Assembly: GCA_012295275.1 (NCBI GenBank)
Contig: CM022671.1
Coordinates: forward strand, 13,578,001-13,642,000
Source: Chrysomallon squamiferum
Lineage: Eukaryota > Animalia > Mollusca
DNA length: 64,000 nucleotides
Direction of reading: 5' to 3'
Made by a program: the position numbers and the translations under genes. The stretch's first letter is position 1, and each line of letters starts with the position of its first letter. Under the pieces are notes generated by a model that was not told the origin of the DNA, did no database searches, and was given only the letters and a program-made list of their open reading frames with translations. This document shows positions 23,869 to 37,319 of the stretch, in pieces.

Positions 23869-24660
23869 TAAGTGAAAAGAATAAAAAAATATAAAAATTT
23901 CAAATATTATGTATTTTGATTTATTTACCTTAGATTGCTGTTATTTTAGTAAATAGTCCCTTTCTCTCTTTCTTTCTGTGTGCATGTGTGTGTACATATG
24001 TGTGCTTTAGAAAGCAAGCAACTATTAACCATTACTAAAACTAAACAAGTAATACTGTAACTTGTATCTGGTACCAAATGTTAAGAAAACTCTTTATATA
24101 GTACTGTCCAAATAATATATATGTCCAGTTTCAGTTTTGACAATTTGCACATGGCTGTTTTGGAATGTTGGACTGACTGAAATAAATACCAGACGGCCTG
24201 ATGCAATTTACTTCATTAGCTCCCATCAGTCGAGTATGCCTCCATTTAAAAAACTAAATAACAAAATAAAAATTTCCAAAAAAGAAAAATGTATAAATGA
24301 CATTAATGTTCCATTTCACTGATGTATTGTCCAATTAACTTATGTATGAAGGTATATTTTTAAATTCGTAATTTAATAATAATAATATTGTTATTATTAT
24401 TGTAATTTTAAAATTTTAGTTCAAATTAACTGATTTAGGAAAAATATAAAAGAAAACATATTGATTTAGGAATAGCTTGGAAACATTACCAAAGGGAGAC
24501 AAACTACGATCATTTGAATTAATTCTTCTGCGTACGGAAAGAAAAATGCATACAGCAACATCGGTAATAGTCAGTGGGACGCATTGTCATGTGATGTCGT
24601 ATGTAATGTTATTGAAATAAATACACAATAGCTGTCTCGTTTAAACAAAACTAGGATCTT

Positions 24661-25414
24661 ATGGCATCAGCAGAGAAGAAAGTAATCTCGCTGAAAAATG
24701 TTACCTGTCAGACGTCCACAACAATTACAGGAAACGGGGATTTCATAATTGATGTCGGTAAGCAATGCTATTCACACAATACCGTGAATACGTACAGTGA
24801 TATACATAACACATGATAATTACAGTGAATGTGGTACACTGAAATCTGCACAGAGATAGTTGTTACATTAATGTCCTGAATGTATCTGACACCGAAAGTA
24901 GGTTAAAGGAAAAATAGCATTGTTTAATTAGAGAATTTTAAACAGAATGATAATCAAATACCCTCATTATTTTCTGTGAGTAATAAAATGACTGTCAGTA
25001 ATAAAATAATACTGAAAAGTAATAAAAATAAAATAGTGTAGAATCGATATTTAAATCAATAATGAATAAAGGGGAAGCTGCTATAATTTTGTGCATAAAT
25101 AAAATGGTTTATGATTATCTATCAATCAGTATCTATAAAGCAGTAAAAAATTATTACAAAACTAATAATAATTAATAGTATGTTTATTTTAATAATTTAT
25201 TTTACTAACATAACTGTATGACTCATGAATTAGGTATTTTTTATTTTATAATGTCTTTTCTTTATATATTATTCTGTATTTTCTATATTAACATTTTAAT
25301 TATTCATATTCATAATTGTTTTATTTGATTTTTAAAATTATGCTATGTACATAAACCTTTTATTTATTTAATGATAGAAAGGAAATCACCAAGAAATGTA
25401 GACAAACATAATGA

Positions 25415-25446
<32 letters not shown>

Positions 25447-28400
25447 TGGGCGTGTGTGTGAATTCTATTCTTGGCCTTTGTCAGCACAAATTTAATGAAA
25501 TTTTTTTGTGATTTTTCATATGAACAGGTCTAAATTCTGAAGATACTGTATGTATGATTCAGAAGGATTGTGATGAGGAAACCAAACTATGTGTTCCATT
25601 GTTTGCAATTACAATATGGCCAACAAATGGGATTACCATTACACCAACCAACAAGGACTTGAAATGCTTTGTCAATGATAAAATAATTACCTCAGAAACC
25701 AACTTATTACCAGGTGATATTATAATATCTTATTTATATTTCTATTTGATTGTATATAAGAAAAATATAGTATTCAAAATTTCATTTATTTGGTGTTTAG
25801 ATAACTTAATAGATTTTATGGAATAATATATACAAGTTAAATAATCTTTTTTACACTTAAAACAACTGTGGATATATAACTTAAGGAATGTATCTAGCAG
25901 TCAGATTGTAAAACCAGTTTTGTCACACGATCACTAGTCCTTTAGTGTATTGCCAGAAAAAAATAAAATTTTCAGTGAAATATACTGAAATGTGATATTC
26001 ATATTTAGGCATTATATTATATCTAACAACAACAATGTTATTTTTAGTTTTTTTCATGACTTCTGAACATTGCTGCTAATTGTATGAGTTAGCTGAATTA
26101 ACATGTATTTTTAATATGTGATATACTTCTATAAGAAAACACTTCAAATGTGCCTATCATGGATACAACCTCTGATCTCATCAGTGATGATTTCTGTCCA
26201 AGACAAGGAAGGTGAAAGAGTACCTTTTTAATGTATTTGGTTATATCTAGGATCAACTATAGAAATTGGAGACAAGATATTACAGTTCTTTGATGGTCCT
26301 GTTCCTCGCATGCGAAGACATCTTCCTCCTACACCTGGAGTTTGTGTTTTACCAGCAGCACCACCAAAACCCAACAGAAAAACTGAAATTGTAGCCCCAG
26401 CTAACAAGGCAGTCAAAGTAAGCAGAAACATTCTGAATATTGTTTTTCTCAATAATATCATGTGTATTTAATTCAGTAGTTAGAAAACAAACTGTTGTTT
26501 TTTATTAGAAAGGTTTATACAATGAAGAAAGTTAAAAACCTCAGTTTGTGTTAAATTTTATTTTTGCTTATGATATGTTGCAAACTTTAAATTCAGTAAT
26601 GACTTTGAGAAAATACTTGATTTGGATTGACTAATCAAGTTGGTTTAGAGTAAATAAATGTGACATTGAATCATTTGTAATTTTCATTTAATTTACTGAG
26701 GCTGGTTTACTTGTGTAAGAATAACATTCATTGTTTGTAAAATAATTGAGACACTATCTATTAAATTTGCATTTTGTATTTCACTTGTTAGGCAATAACA
26801 GCTGATTGTAATTTATTTCTAAATGTATTACTCATATTTTTTGTTTATTAGGAGCCTGAATACTGTAACGTGTACAGAGACTGGTGTGTTGTTCATCCCC
26901 CAACCTTAGAAGAAGAGCTCATATCTCAGCTGGAAACCAAAGAAGAGGTAAAAGTTACACAACTCCAAACTGAATTAACACATGAAATTGTGAATTATTT
27001 TTCATACTTTGGAAAGACAGATTGTGTCTCTGGGATGAGACCGTAGGTTGAGAACATATTAAAGAGTGAGCAAAGAAAAGTGTATGTAAAAAAATAACTA
27101 GATAGTGATTAAAAAATAGCCTATATAATGACTTTAATAGTTTTCATTTATGTTATTATAACTGTACAAACCCAAACTGTCAACTGATTAAAAAGCATTA
27201 AAAAAAACCCCAAAAGGATATGGTAAACCAATATTTACTCATTTAGTACTGATGTAAATATAATACATTATTCAGTATATGTAGGCCTGTTCATCAGTTA
27301 AATTGATTTGTTTATGTTTCATAAACCAAATATTACAGTTTTGAAGCTGTTATCAACATGTTGTTGATTATTATACATTTAGATTGCAAATTTGGCAGCA
27401 AGCTACTTAAATCGACAGATAAACATGCACACAGATACTCGGATGACATCTGCTACCATGGATGAAGTTTTCAAAGTACTCCAGGTTAGTTCTAACATTT
27501 ACATCTGAAGTTTTATTAGAGAGAAATATAAAACTTTTTGTTCCCCAAAATCTTCATGTGTTATATAGAAAATAATATTTTAATTTCTAGATTAAACATT
27601 TCTTCTCTGACAAAAACTCTCAGCATGCGTAATGTCAGTTCATTTTTTTCAAAAACTACACTTAATTGCAATTGGCAGGTAATGTGCCATCCTGCTTTTA
27701 GCACTGATGTGTTTTTTATCTTTTTTCTTTTCCTTTTTTTTTTGTTTCTTTTCATAATGACATTATCTCCATTTCTGATTTCCTGGCTATATCTCTAAAA
27801 GTAATATACTTAAAATAACAGTAAAATACGTTTAAATTATTTTTTATTTTAATTTTGTTTTCCTATTATGACTTTGTTTGTCACAAGATTTAAGTATGAA
27901 CATATAATTGATAATAAATACTGATGATGTTTAATCCTAGGATATAGCTTATCACAGGAAGGATATACTTGTTGCTTTTCTGAAGGAAATTGCAAGAGAG
28001 TTGAATGAAGTACCCAGTGAAGACAGGCCGCATCATGAAGCAGTCATCTGTCTTCTTGTAGAAATGATCAAACAATTCCTGGTAATATTTCTTGATGTTC
28101 TTCCTCCGTTAGGACTTTTATATTTTCTTATGTTTCAATTGTTTTTCAAAATGAATATTTTGTTTTCAGTTTGTAAAACAATAATAATATTGGATAGCAG
28201 CTATACATTTAATATTGTAATATTCATTTTGAGATGAAATTTTGAATACTATATTTATCTTATTAAGCTTTATCAAATAAATATATTTACTAAATAAAGT
28301 ATTTACTATATCTATTGTAATCTTTGATGCTTAAGATTTAGCAAAGAAAGTTCATTACAGAGTTAGTGAATTTTGGACAAATGCACATTAAAGTAAAAAA

Positions 28401-31400
28401 GAAAAATGTTGCATCAGCTCTGAATTACAATTACGATTATTAATTTATGTTTTTAACAGGATCCCATATCTCAGGTTATCTTGGTACTGCAGTTGTTACG
28501 ATCACTGAGTCACATTCATTGCAATTTGCCCATTCTAATCAAGTGTCATGCACCAGCAGCCGTCTTAGGCACTATGTCAGCATACATTAATGAGGCAGAA
28601 GTCCAGCTAAATGCCATAGACATTTTGGCAAAAATTGCTACATACATACCTCTACCGAATGAAAAGGTAAGTCATAACCACTACATCATAAATCTCTGTA
28701 AAGTAGAAGGTCACCTGTATTTCACATTGTAAATTTAAGAATTACGAATAATTAGCTTACATGCATTTTTGTTAACAGTACTAAATTATTTAAAATCATC
28801 AATAATCATCATCATCTAACTTCTACTGAAATAATTGCTGTCAGTATTTAAGTATCTGTTTACTCATGTGTTTTTATGGTACAAGATATTGGCTTTTTCA
28901 AAATTGTGGTATTTGGGCATAAAAGTTCATTTGATTTGACTGAAATATGTGTGTGTGTATACACCCACACAGTGAAAGATGAACAAAGTGGCTCAAATAT
29001 GAATGTACAAATATCTAAATATTGTCTTCAAATTTAACTTAATAAAAAATATGAACAGTTGTTCCAACCTAACACATTGTTTTATTTGGTTTTGTGATTT
29101 AGATTCCAATGCGTGAACCTGGTGTTGAATTGTTACTCCGTGCTGTACAACGCCACTCTTCATATATCCTTATTGTGCAGTCTGGATGTCGTACATTGTG
29201 TAATCTAGCAACCATGCTGTATGAAAGAGCCAATCAAATTATAGACAGTGGTATTTTAACTAGTTAAATCATAGATTGTTGTTTTTTAACCAGTCAAATC
29301 ATAGACAATGATATCTTAACCAATAAAATCATTTATTTTTTAGAATTTAAGGCATACAGCTCTGATGAGATATTAACTAATGAAATTCTTTAATGTTGAT
29401 GTTGTTAATTTGTTAAAAGAGAAATGGAATTCTGTATTAGTTACACTGGATAAGCATTTAGAAATGAACATTTATAAAATAACCAGAATCACTGAAAAGA
29501 AAAGCAAAGGAATTGAATTGTGTTTTAGTTTAATGTTGTAATCTTGCTCATTTTTATAAAAATATATCACGATGATGATTAGTCAGGCTTTGCACAAATT
29601 GTCTGAAAATATTTTATACAGTTAAATTTGATGGCCAGCTAGTGTCTTTGGTTGTCTTGGACAGGTGGTTGTCATGTAGAAGTGGCTGCAATAGCTGGCT
29701 TAACTTCATACAGATTTTTCACCTATTGTAATTATTATATTTTGTTAAGAACACTTTCATTGTAAGTTCTAAAAGTATTTATTACCCTCATCTAAATATA
29801 CATTCCAACAACACTATCTTCATTTCTTAATTATTTTGTTCTGTTTGACCATTTTTTAATGTTTTTTTTGTTTTTTTGTATAGGAAACCTGATTAACTCT
29901 GAGCATGGAATATGTTTAAGCAATTTAATGACATTGTTGGAGTACATGTATGAAAACTGCATGGCTGTTGTTCAAAATGGCATTAGAGACTTCAGTGATG
30001 ATCTTACAGTCAAAACAGACGGTCGCAAATTTTTGTACATCATGGCCAAATTAACACAACTACAGTGAGCATTTTCATTATTATTGTTGTTTTTGTTTTT
30101 TCAGTTACTGTTAATGTTATTACACACAGGGAAAATCACAGATTTTTGAATAGGTTTCTAACATAAACATAAAGCATGCTGACATCAGAATATATATGCT
30201 GAACATATTTTTCATGTCATAATTAATTAAATATATATAGTAATGGAATTAACTTCTGCTATAATAATTGCAAATATAATTGTTTTTTAAAGTTGATTAT
30301 TTATAAAAAATATGTTTATTAATTACATTTTTAATTATTTTTTTAATCTTCATTAAATCACTTCATTTATTAATGATTTATAACATTGCAGCATTATGAC
30401 TCAAATAATTAGCAGGTGAATTAGGTTTTGACAGTCCACTACATATATATATATATATATATAGTGGACTGTCAAAACCTAATTCACTAGGGACCAGTGA
30501 GATGTGCCAGTTTAGACAGAGCATCTGTATTTAAAGATTAAAATGACATGAAATTGGAATATGGTTTATTATGAATGTAACAGTTAAATATCTTTTGCAT
30601 ATTAGCTAAGAAATAGTTAGGTAGAGAAATGAGCTGCATTAAAATTTTACTTGAATGCAGGATTTTATTTAAAAAAAAAAAAAAAAATTTTTTTATAACT
30701 GCTGTGTACCATCTTTCCTTCGAAACAATGTTAATCAAGATGACACTGTGATTACCCTGCATGCTTAATTTACAATGATGCAATCTTCCATCCATGAAAT
30801 TAGGGATATCATCATATGTTGTCTGCCTGGCTTTGAATGCCTAAATTCCCCCCCGGTTTAATTGGCTCTACATTGTTTACCATAGGATCATGGCTGTGTT
30901 TTGGTGCATTGCTGATGAATAAAATAATATTTTAATGTTGTTGGCACCTCTGCTGGTTACACTGTTGTAAACAGTCATTAAAGAGTTGTGAAGTCATCCA
31001 TTCTCTCCAGTTGCCTGTCAAGCTCACAAGTACAGATTCATGTTTGAGGATTTTGGCCTTTTCCAATTATCATTGGTTTCATTTTTTTTTCCTATTGCAC
31101 TGCAGCACAGTGAAACTTTTTCTTTTTGAGTTTTATAAGCAAGTATCCTGTCCAGTAAGGCTCAAACAAACTGACCCATTTTGTAGCAGTTAAGGATGTC
31201 ATTTTTTTCAAAATTTCCAATTATTGTTGGTAGACACGTTTTAAAGTTGTCAACAATATCATGACTGGCATCTGCATTGATGGAATTATCTGATGTTAAA
31301 CTGAGTTTCCATTGAAGTAAAAATCAGTCAGAAAGGGACATTGTTTTGGCTCTTTCCTGCTGAAACCATTAATACAACAGTCCATTCAGACTTTTTAACA

Positions 31401-34400
31401 TACCAGTCGTTACTCACTTTCGTGCAGTTGCTGCTGATGGTCACATCATTTTAAAATATCAGATACTGTCAGTCTTCCATCATAAGTATTTCTGTTAACA
31501 TACTGGTTTTAAGGAAGACTTTTCTGTTAATTTCACTTGAGACTGGAGTGAAAGTTCTATATATTTCAGTTTTTTAGATCAGTATGAAAACAATAAGACA
31601 ATACAAATTGTTTGACATGTGTGTTTATATTATATAACTTGTTCTTTTGTTCTGGAATTTACACCTGGAATCCCAATAAACTAATCTCTGGATTAGTCAA
31701 GTTTTGTCCATAATAGATTAATAATAGCTGCATAGGACTTTGAAATAGTACTGGTGTAAAAGAATATTTGTTTTTTCAAGGAAAGTTACTACCAAATTCT
31801 TAAGATTGTGAATATAGTGATAAGATTAATTTTTGATAAACACAGTCATCAAAATTTGTCCTGCAAAGCCATGCACATTCAATATTAAAAATTGATATTT
31901 TTGTCTCCAATGTGCAACTGAATGTATCATATTTTTCAAAATTTCTGGTTTTAGCATCCCCCCGACATCACACTCCAGGACTTGGTGTCTGTGGTGCTCA
32001 TCCTCTCAGGATTTGCCACAAATTGCTAATCTACTCTTCAGACGATCTTAGCATTCCCTTCTTATAAAAATATTCTCCTGATAATTCATTGGTTATGGCC
32101 GAGGAGGTAGATAAATTTCATAAATTGTCCTAAAACGAATTCTACATTGCAGGACTTCTTGATGTGTACTAATTATAATCTACCTAAGTCCCAGTATTTG
32201 TTAATTGCCCTTTAACCTGGTTGACAGTGTATGCAGTCAGTAGATAACAACTAATTGATCCTTTACCATAGTGCAGTTGTTAGCACAAAGAGTTAATTTC
32301 AATGGTTATGTTTTTGGTATTACAAGTAAATAAAATAAAACAAAATTTTAAAATGATACAAATACCATAGTTTTAACAGCTCTGGTATACATCTCTCTAT
32401 CCATATATGTCTTCTGTCTGTGTCTATGTCTCTTTGTATCTGTGTTGGTCAGTTAAGTTTATATTTTAATACAATGAACTATTAACCAACTAAGTAGCAT
32501 AATTTTTTATTTAAACTTCAGTAATACATTGTTTCCATAATTCAGTTCCAGGATTCATTTTGAATGCAAAACATACAGTAATGAAAATATAACAATATCT
32601 GTGACTAAAACTATTACAAAATAGATATTGATGGTAATGATTATAAATAACAGGGGATTCGGGTTTTTTTTAATCAAAATTGAAAGACTGGGTAATTTGT
32701 AGTAAATATACAAAACAGTGCTCTGTGTATTGAGTAAGTAGTTTCAACCACTTTAACAAGGCTAATACATACTGTTACTATATACTCTGAACAACTATAC
32801 CATGATGTTTATCCTATTATTTGTCTGCTTAACTAGTTAAAATCCCATTATCATAATCAGTGGTGTATATCAAAATGAAGAGTCATCAGTGGACTTACTT
32901 TGACATTTCAGGTTCAAATAAGTCACTTGGTCCTAATATTTTGACAAAAATTTCAGAGGTTATGTTATTGTAGCACTTTAATTAAACCCCATACAACATT
33001 TTTCAAACAGAGGGTGGAACAGCCTTACAATAGGATTATAGATAATAAAAGAATTATCAATGATAAATGGATTTGGGGATGAATGTTTCAACCCTCATTT
33101 AAAAAAAAAGGAAAATGCCTATTTTCAAAATGGAAGTAATGATAAAGTATCCAGACAAATGCCTCCCACAGTTTTTTCTCCACCTACCTACAAATTTAAA
33201 TATATTTTTCTGAATCTTTCTTTGTAGTGGCATTGAGTCAGATTCAGTAGACACACACTTTATACAGTAATTACCACAGAATGACACCTGAAAATAATCA
33301 CAGAGTGGGGGGAACAGTATTTGAATATTTGCTGACACCAGTTTACATGGAAATGCAGATTAGTCAAAGTCCAGTTTTGACTTGGTAACATTAAAATGTA
33401 CAATTATTAAATAATTGTTTTTCAGGCAGAGAAAGAATAGATGGTTAAAAATGTTACAAGAAAAGGAAAGCTTGGTTCAGAATTTAGAGGAATTATCAGA
33501 TGATAGTAATTCTCCTCTGGTTTATCATCAAAAATCAAATAACAGCAACTCTCATCCAACACCTTATAATGTAATTGATGGTGACAACCCTCAAATAACA
33601 ACTGGTGTTGCGAATGACCATCACAGAGATGAAAGCATTCCCATACAAGTTGAACAGAAAGATGTTAGCATTCTTGAGAAAGATTATAGGGTCGCTGGAC
33701 CTGTAAAGATTAAAGAAACAAATTCAGAAGGAATTCTAAAGAGATCAAGATCTTATGAAAATCTACGAAATTCTGAAAGACGTGTAAACTTTGACGATGA
33801 CATTGCTCCTGGAGTGTATGACTCATCATCGACATCATCTAGTGATGTTGAGGAAACTGGATTGGAGGATGGAGCTGGAGATATTGGTAACATTTCAGAA
33901 AGCACTGCAAAAGTAAACATAAATTCTACTGTTGAAGAAAATACTGCTAAATTTACAAAAACAGAGGATCAAACTTATGGAATGATATCTGATACAGCAA
34001 AGCATAACTTAGCAAAAACAAAAACTAAGAAGATAACAGCATATGACAATCCTATTTACATGGAAAGAGGTTGTGAGATTTTACAGAATCATACAAATGA
34101 TTCTTCTCTGAATATTAACACTCCTGAAATAACACCTTCTGCAAAAAATGTACTGAATACAGATGATGGTTGGAGAGATGAAAATGAAGCAAACAAGAAT
34201 GTGTCTTCATATGACGAAATAGATATTGTTCATGCTCTTGTACATTGTCAACCATCTCAAACCCAAAATAGCAACATTTCACAATCTGGATCACAAGTCT
34301 GTCAGCCTGGGTCACATATTTCTAAGTCACAAGTTTCACAACCAAACAGAAATGTGATTTTAGAAAAAAAATAGTAGTCATGATACTATAAAGCAAAACA

Positions 34401-36599
34401 TAAAATCACAATCAATAAAACCTGAGCCAAAAGAAACGACAGATACATTGACTAATTCAATGGATGATATTCGACATAACCATAATGAAGATAGCAGAGA
34501 CGTCTTTCTTTCTTCTTCTTCTTCAGAAGTGTTAAATTCCAGAAGTGCCAAAGTGGAAACAGTTTCTGGTCAACTTGCATTTGTGAATTCTTTAGATTGC
34601 TTTGAAGATCTCACTGATTGTTCAGCAGAAGACATAAATTTTCTCAGCAGACTCACAAAAGCTCAGGTAAAGAAATTTTTGCATTTGAATATTTTTTTTT
34701 TATTTATTAAATGTAGAAAAGCTAGAATTCTTCTGTAAAGTGTTAAAAGCTTTTTATTTCTTTCTCAATTGAAAAATTATATGAAACCCTGTCCATTGGT
34801 TATTTTTACAGTGAATTAAACAAAATTTCTCAATATTTATTTATTGACTTAAAACTTTTTGTAATTAGCTGAGTAATTAGATGGTAGAATTAAATTAGAT
34901 AAATTCCAGATTTACATGAACAAGTCATTTTTTTTTATATTTATTATTAATATTTAAGTAATAGAAAATAAATTCAGTTAAATGGTAAGACAAAACAACA
35001 TCTAAATTAACATTAACATAAACATAATATAAAACAATAATGCATTTTTAAAAAAACAGAATAAATAAACTGTACAATGAATTTTCATATATAATTACTC
35101 ATTTAACTAATTATACCAGTTCCACTAACTGGACAAAATATTACATATATTAAACATAAACTAAACATATACATCCAAAGACAACAATAAAAAAAGTCAC
35201 TTCATACTATTTTCACTGATATTTCAGATTGTTTGTCGAGTGTGCTCTCTGGCTTTGCAAGATGAAGACAGACGAGCTTACAGCATTCTTGACCAGCCAT
35301 TGAGAGATGTCTTAGAACAAGAACACTTGTCAAAGGTTCTGCAGCAGTTTGTTGCCAAGCAGTACAAATCTGAACACACACTGATGGATCTTGATCCGAG
35401 CACCGCTATCAGTCTGATTGATGCAGTCCGATACAGGTAGATAATATTTGAAGATATATTAATGTATGTATTACCATCAAATCTATTTTTTAACAATGAT
35501 AATTTGACAGACATATAAGAAACAGTCCAACCTTGTGGTGTGTGTGTGTGTGTCTGTGTGTGTGCGTGTGTGTATTTTTATGCAATGGTTGTGGGATATA
35601 CACCTTAATTTTTTTGTCATAGAATAGGATATTTAGACTGATTTTGAACAGTTTTTAAATATGTCTTTTACTTGTTTTCTGAAAACGTTGTAAATGTCGT
35701 TTATTACTTTTCCTTAATAAAGATATAACACAAAAAATTTAAAGTAGCACAATGTTTACTTCAGTTAAGACCAATACAGATAAAAATTAAATTAATAGTT
35801 TTAGCTTAAATTTAATGTTTGAAAATTCTAAAGATTTATTAAGTAAAGAAATGATATATTTATGAAATTTAATGTTTGAAAATTCTGAAGATTTATAGAA
35901 GTAAAGAAATGAAATATTTATGTTACGCAGATCACAGGTGGCTCCTGATGTTGTTCAGAATACACTGGTGGGTGTTGTCAGAAATATTAATGATCATCTT
36001 CGGCCATGTTGCTTACACCTGGCACTGGCTTTCTTTAATAACATATTTAATGATTTCAGTCTCAAAACTATTGTATCTGGTAAGCTGATGTTTGTTAATA
36101 TGTATTGTCAGTATATTATTTTAAGTAATTTTGGGCAGGATTCACACAACTGAATATGTTACAGTAAATGTTTTTAACAGAACCTATATTTTGAGTGGAA
36201 TATTTATTTTGTACATGTTTTAAAATTATTAAGAATAAAAATTTATTAAAATATCTCATTAATTAATAAATGGTTCTGGTAAAATACTATTTTATTTACA
36301 GATGTGTGTTTAGTTACCGAGGATCAAAATTATTCAGACCAGAGCTAGTAGCAGATTTTTACAGATTCAAAGTTATAGCTTTTATTTGTTATAAGTATTG
36401 TCAAAGATAATTTGTGGAAATGAAGATCTAAACACATTATTTTTCACTTCTGTAAAGTGCTACTGTTTTATTCACAGATCCAAACTTCTGTGCCAAATGT
36501 TTACATTATTTGGAGAATGATGTGGGAACTCTGCAAGACAGGTCTGGAAGTGATTCTGTCATTGGAAAACTAAGAAATATTATGGGATTTATCAAATGA
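24661..36599 (+). CDS. Uncharacterised 13-exon protein: FHA-like domain, Pro-rich linker, ARM/HEAT-like repeats, long disordered segment, helical C-terminus; one +1 frameshift at 34364-34374
   Basis: Exons 24661-24757, 25528-25713, 26251-26417, 26852-26947, 27383-27484, 27986-28081, 28460-28666, 29103-29250, 29884-30064, 33426-34666, 35228-35436, 35931-36079, 36478-36599, all GT-AG and phase-compatible. CFVNDKIITSETNLLPGSTIEIGDKILQF resembles the FHA C-terminal half; AVLGTMSAY..EVQLNAIDILAKIA and GVELLLRAVQRH..IVQSGCRTLCNLA resemble ARM repeats. Confidence 0.8.
29230..29332 (+). repeat. 30-bp minisatellite (~3.5 copies) straddling the exon 8 donor site
   Basis: CCAATCAAATTATAGACAGTGGTATTTTAA / CTAGTTAAATCATAGATTGTTGTTTTTTAA / CCAGTCAAATCATAGACAATGATATCTTAA / CCAATAAAATCAT. 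Confidence 0.75.
29617..29708. mobile_element. Short degenerate Tc1/pogo-type MITE remnant
   Basis: Starts TACAGTTAAA and ends GGCTTAACTT, with internal GACAGGTGG..GAAGTGGC motifs typical of such MITEs; weak TIRs. Confidence 0.4.
30416..30487. repeat. Perfect 26-bp inverted repeat around a (TA)n spacer (foldback at a transposon end)
   Basis: GTGAATTAGGTTTTGACAGTCCACTA (30416-30441) is the exact reverse complement of 30462-30487; the spacer is C(AT)9A. Confidence 0.95.
30462..31790 (-). mobile_element. Decayed pogo/Tigger DNA transposon (CENP-B HTH + DDE_1 transposase remnant) in intron 9; right end approximate
   Basis: Minus-strand translation of ~30800-31400, with stops and frameshifts, gives LNGLLY*WFQQERAK, DIVDNFKTCLPTII...DILNCYKMG, CCSAIGK.MKPMIIGKGQNP, WMTSQLFNDCLQQ...IILFISNAPKH and EPIKPGGI*AFKA, the ordered pogo transposase motifs. 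Confidence 0.8.
35808..35922 (+). repeat. 57-bp tandem duplication just upstream of the exon 12 acceptor
   Basis: AAATTTAATGTTTGAAAATTCT(A/G)AAGATTTAT..AAGTAAAGAAATGA(T/A)ATATTTATG twice. Confidence 0.85.
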
Positions 36600-36983
36600 A
36601 TAAATTATCTGAAAATCTGTCAGATATGACATTCCGCATGCTGAATGATCTTAATATGTATTATACTCTATACAATACGATTCATGAAGTGTTTCTTTAA
36701 CCTCACAGTAATAAAATTAATCCATAAAGACTTCATATGTTGGTCCATATTCAGGAAGCAGGATAAATAACCATGATTGAATGACAACTTTACATTTACA
36801 CTTGAATAGTAAAATATTGTTGTTTAAATGTTTGTGTTTTGAGGCTGATCAAACATGCCTGCGAATTTTTAATATAGAACTTCCAGTTTATGTAAAACAT
36901 ATGCAGATTTTACTGGATTTTAAATGATGAAAGTTTTTTTTGTGTGTTTTTTTTTTTTTTTAATATTTATTTATTTCTTCTTA

Positions 36984-37023
<40 letters not shown>

Positions 37024-37275
37024 TTCACAAAAATAGAGTGAATTACTGATTAAAAAGCAGATCATGTGTTATCTATTGTACTAACTTGCGTAATTAACTG
37101 TCATTCATTGCATTTGATTAGAAATCTTCATCAATTTTTTTAATTTACCCTTTGAATTATCTTTACTGTCAAAGCTGATAATATATTTTTAAACTTCAGT
37201 ACATGCTCGAAGAATACACTGTTATGAATGGATCACATGTACAATAGATAACTGAATGATTGTCATTCAGTATAA

Positions 37276-37319
<44 letters not shown>

